64,000 nucleotides of DNA from the NCBI RefSeq assembly GCF_006345805.1, contig NC_042999.1, forward strand, positions 113,398,001 through 113,462,000, written 5' to 3'. Made by a program: the position numbers and the translations under genes. The DNA is from Octopus sinensis (taxonomy: Eukaryota). Under the pieces are notes generated by a model. It was not told the DNA's origin. It saw nothing but the letters and a program-made list of their open reading frames with translations, and searched no databases. Shown piece by piece: positions 62,700-64,000 of this stretch (position 1 is the stretch's first letter; the number at the start of each line of letters is the position of its first letter).

Positions 62700-64000
62700 C
62701 AGTTGCGGCCAAAATGTTCAGAACGGCATTGTTTTCGTCAGAAAGGTAGATATAATTTTTTATCAAAGTTGTTTTATATTCTATAATTTTCACAGACAAT
62801 AAATACAATATTATTTGTTATTGCCTGAGATTTTGGAGTAATTTGAGAGGATAATACAAAAGTTATGGATGATTTAGTGATTTAATGCAAAACCCATGGC
62901 GGCCAAAATGATCAGAATGGTTGCTTTTACTCCGTGTTTTAGTATATTTAACCGGCGAACTCTAATGTTTTGAATTTGTTTACGTGACAGTTCGTTTACT
63001 AAACATTAGTAAAAATATTTGCAGTGTACTTTGTTAATATAATTCCACTTACTCTGTTACCAATTCATCAGCAGATTATTAAGCTTCCAAGGAAGGATAA
63101 TTTAAGTATTGGATCTATTGCAAAGATTGTTAACAAGTCAAAAAGTGTTGTACACGGTATTCTGGTATTCTTAAGGTCTACGATGATTGTGGTTCGTGTG
63201 AAACAAGAAAGTTTACAGGTAGGCCAAGAAAAACGACCAAGAGAGAAGATCGAGCTATGGTAAAGTTGGTTAAAAAAGACAGATTTAAAACTGCTGCTGC
63301 TGTTTCTCGGAAAATGAGCATTGTATTGAAGAAAACTTTATCTCGAAAAACTGTGTATCGTCGTTTAGTTGAACATGACCTACAAGCAAGAGCACCTGCA
63401 GTGAAGCCACTGATCAGCTCCAAAAGTAAAAAGTGCCGTCTTACCTTTGCAACCGAACATGTGTTGTGGTCTCAAGAAAAATGGCAAATGGTGCATTTCC
63501 GTGATGAATCTAAGTTTATGTTATTTGGCTCAGATGGGAAAAGGTACGTTCGTAGAAAAGTAGGTGAAAAATTGTCGCCTAAATGCCTTAAGACTAGTGT
63601 TAAATTCGGTGGAAGAAGTGTCATGGTTTGGGGTATGATATCTGGAGATGGTGTGGGCCTTTTGGTGCGATTACATGGAAAGGTAAATGCAGGAGTTTAT
63701 AAACAACTTGTAAAAGATTATGTCTTGACTGTGCTGAGAAATTCAACTAAGCGACCACCCATATTCATGCAGGACAATGCTTCGTGTCACAAGGCTAAGG
63801 TGGTCATGAACTTCCTCAAGGCTGAAAAGGTTATTGTTATGGATTGGCCTTCTCAAAGCCCAGATCTCAATCCTATTGAAAATGTATGGAATATTCTAGG
63901 AGAACGTTCGAAAGCCAGAAATCCTAAAACAACTGAGCAATTATGGAATGCCCTTCAGGAAGAATGGAATAAGATCACCCAGCAAGAAATTGAAAATTTA
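62700..64000 (+). mobile_element. Near-intact Tc1 transposon (D,D34E), running off the window
   Basis: TA|CAGTTGCGGCC left end with an internal direct repeat at 62899-62920. Frame open from 63172 to 64000 with GRPRKT, FRDESKF, SVMVWG, QDNASCH and SPDLNPIENVW (34 residues between D and E). Confidence 0.95.

Overview
AT-rich, microsatellite-dense eukaryotic DNA. The SINE repertoire (tRNA-headed CORE-, V- and Meta-like SINEs) points to an octopus genome (inference). I found no supportable host protein-coding gene, rRNA, true tRNA gene or CRISPR array, and nearly all ORFs in the supplied track are microsatellite artefacts or transposon remnants. The window is intergenic or intronic and is built from mobile DNA. 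(1) Non-LTR retroelements with a restriction-like endonuclease (R4/Dong-type) fall into two groups, one ending in (TAA)n and one ending in (CATA)n. (2) Other retroelements are two Tx1-clade L1 3' ends, an RTE 3' end and five Penelope-like remnants, which carry five minimal hammerhead motifs between them, including a recurrent non-canonical core (CUGUGGA). (3) DNA transposons are two Tc1 (one nearly intact), a mariner, a hAT remnant, a hAT MITE with a perfect 8-bp TSD and a non-autonomous Helitron. The most interesting signals are the variant hammerheads, SINE module shuffling (swapped heads, cores and a Tx1-derived tail), the (CATA)n-tailed family with a conserved downstream segment bearing splice-like signals, repeated re-use of the same target sites, and two near-perfect hairpins. 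Family names come from motif recognition by eye and need database confirmation. Boundaries of decayed elements are approximate.
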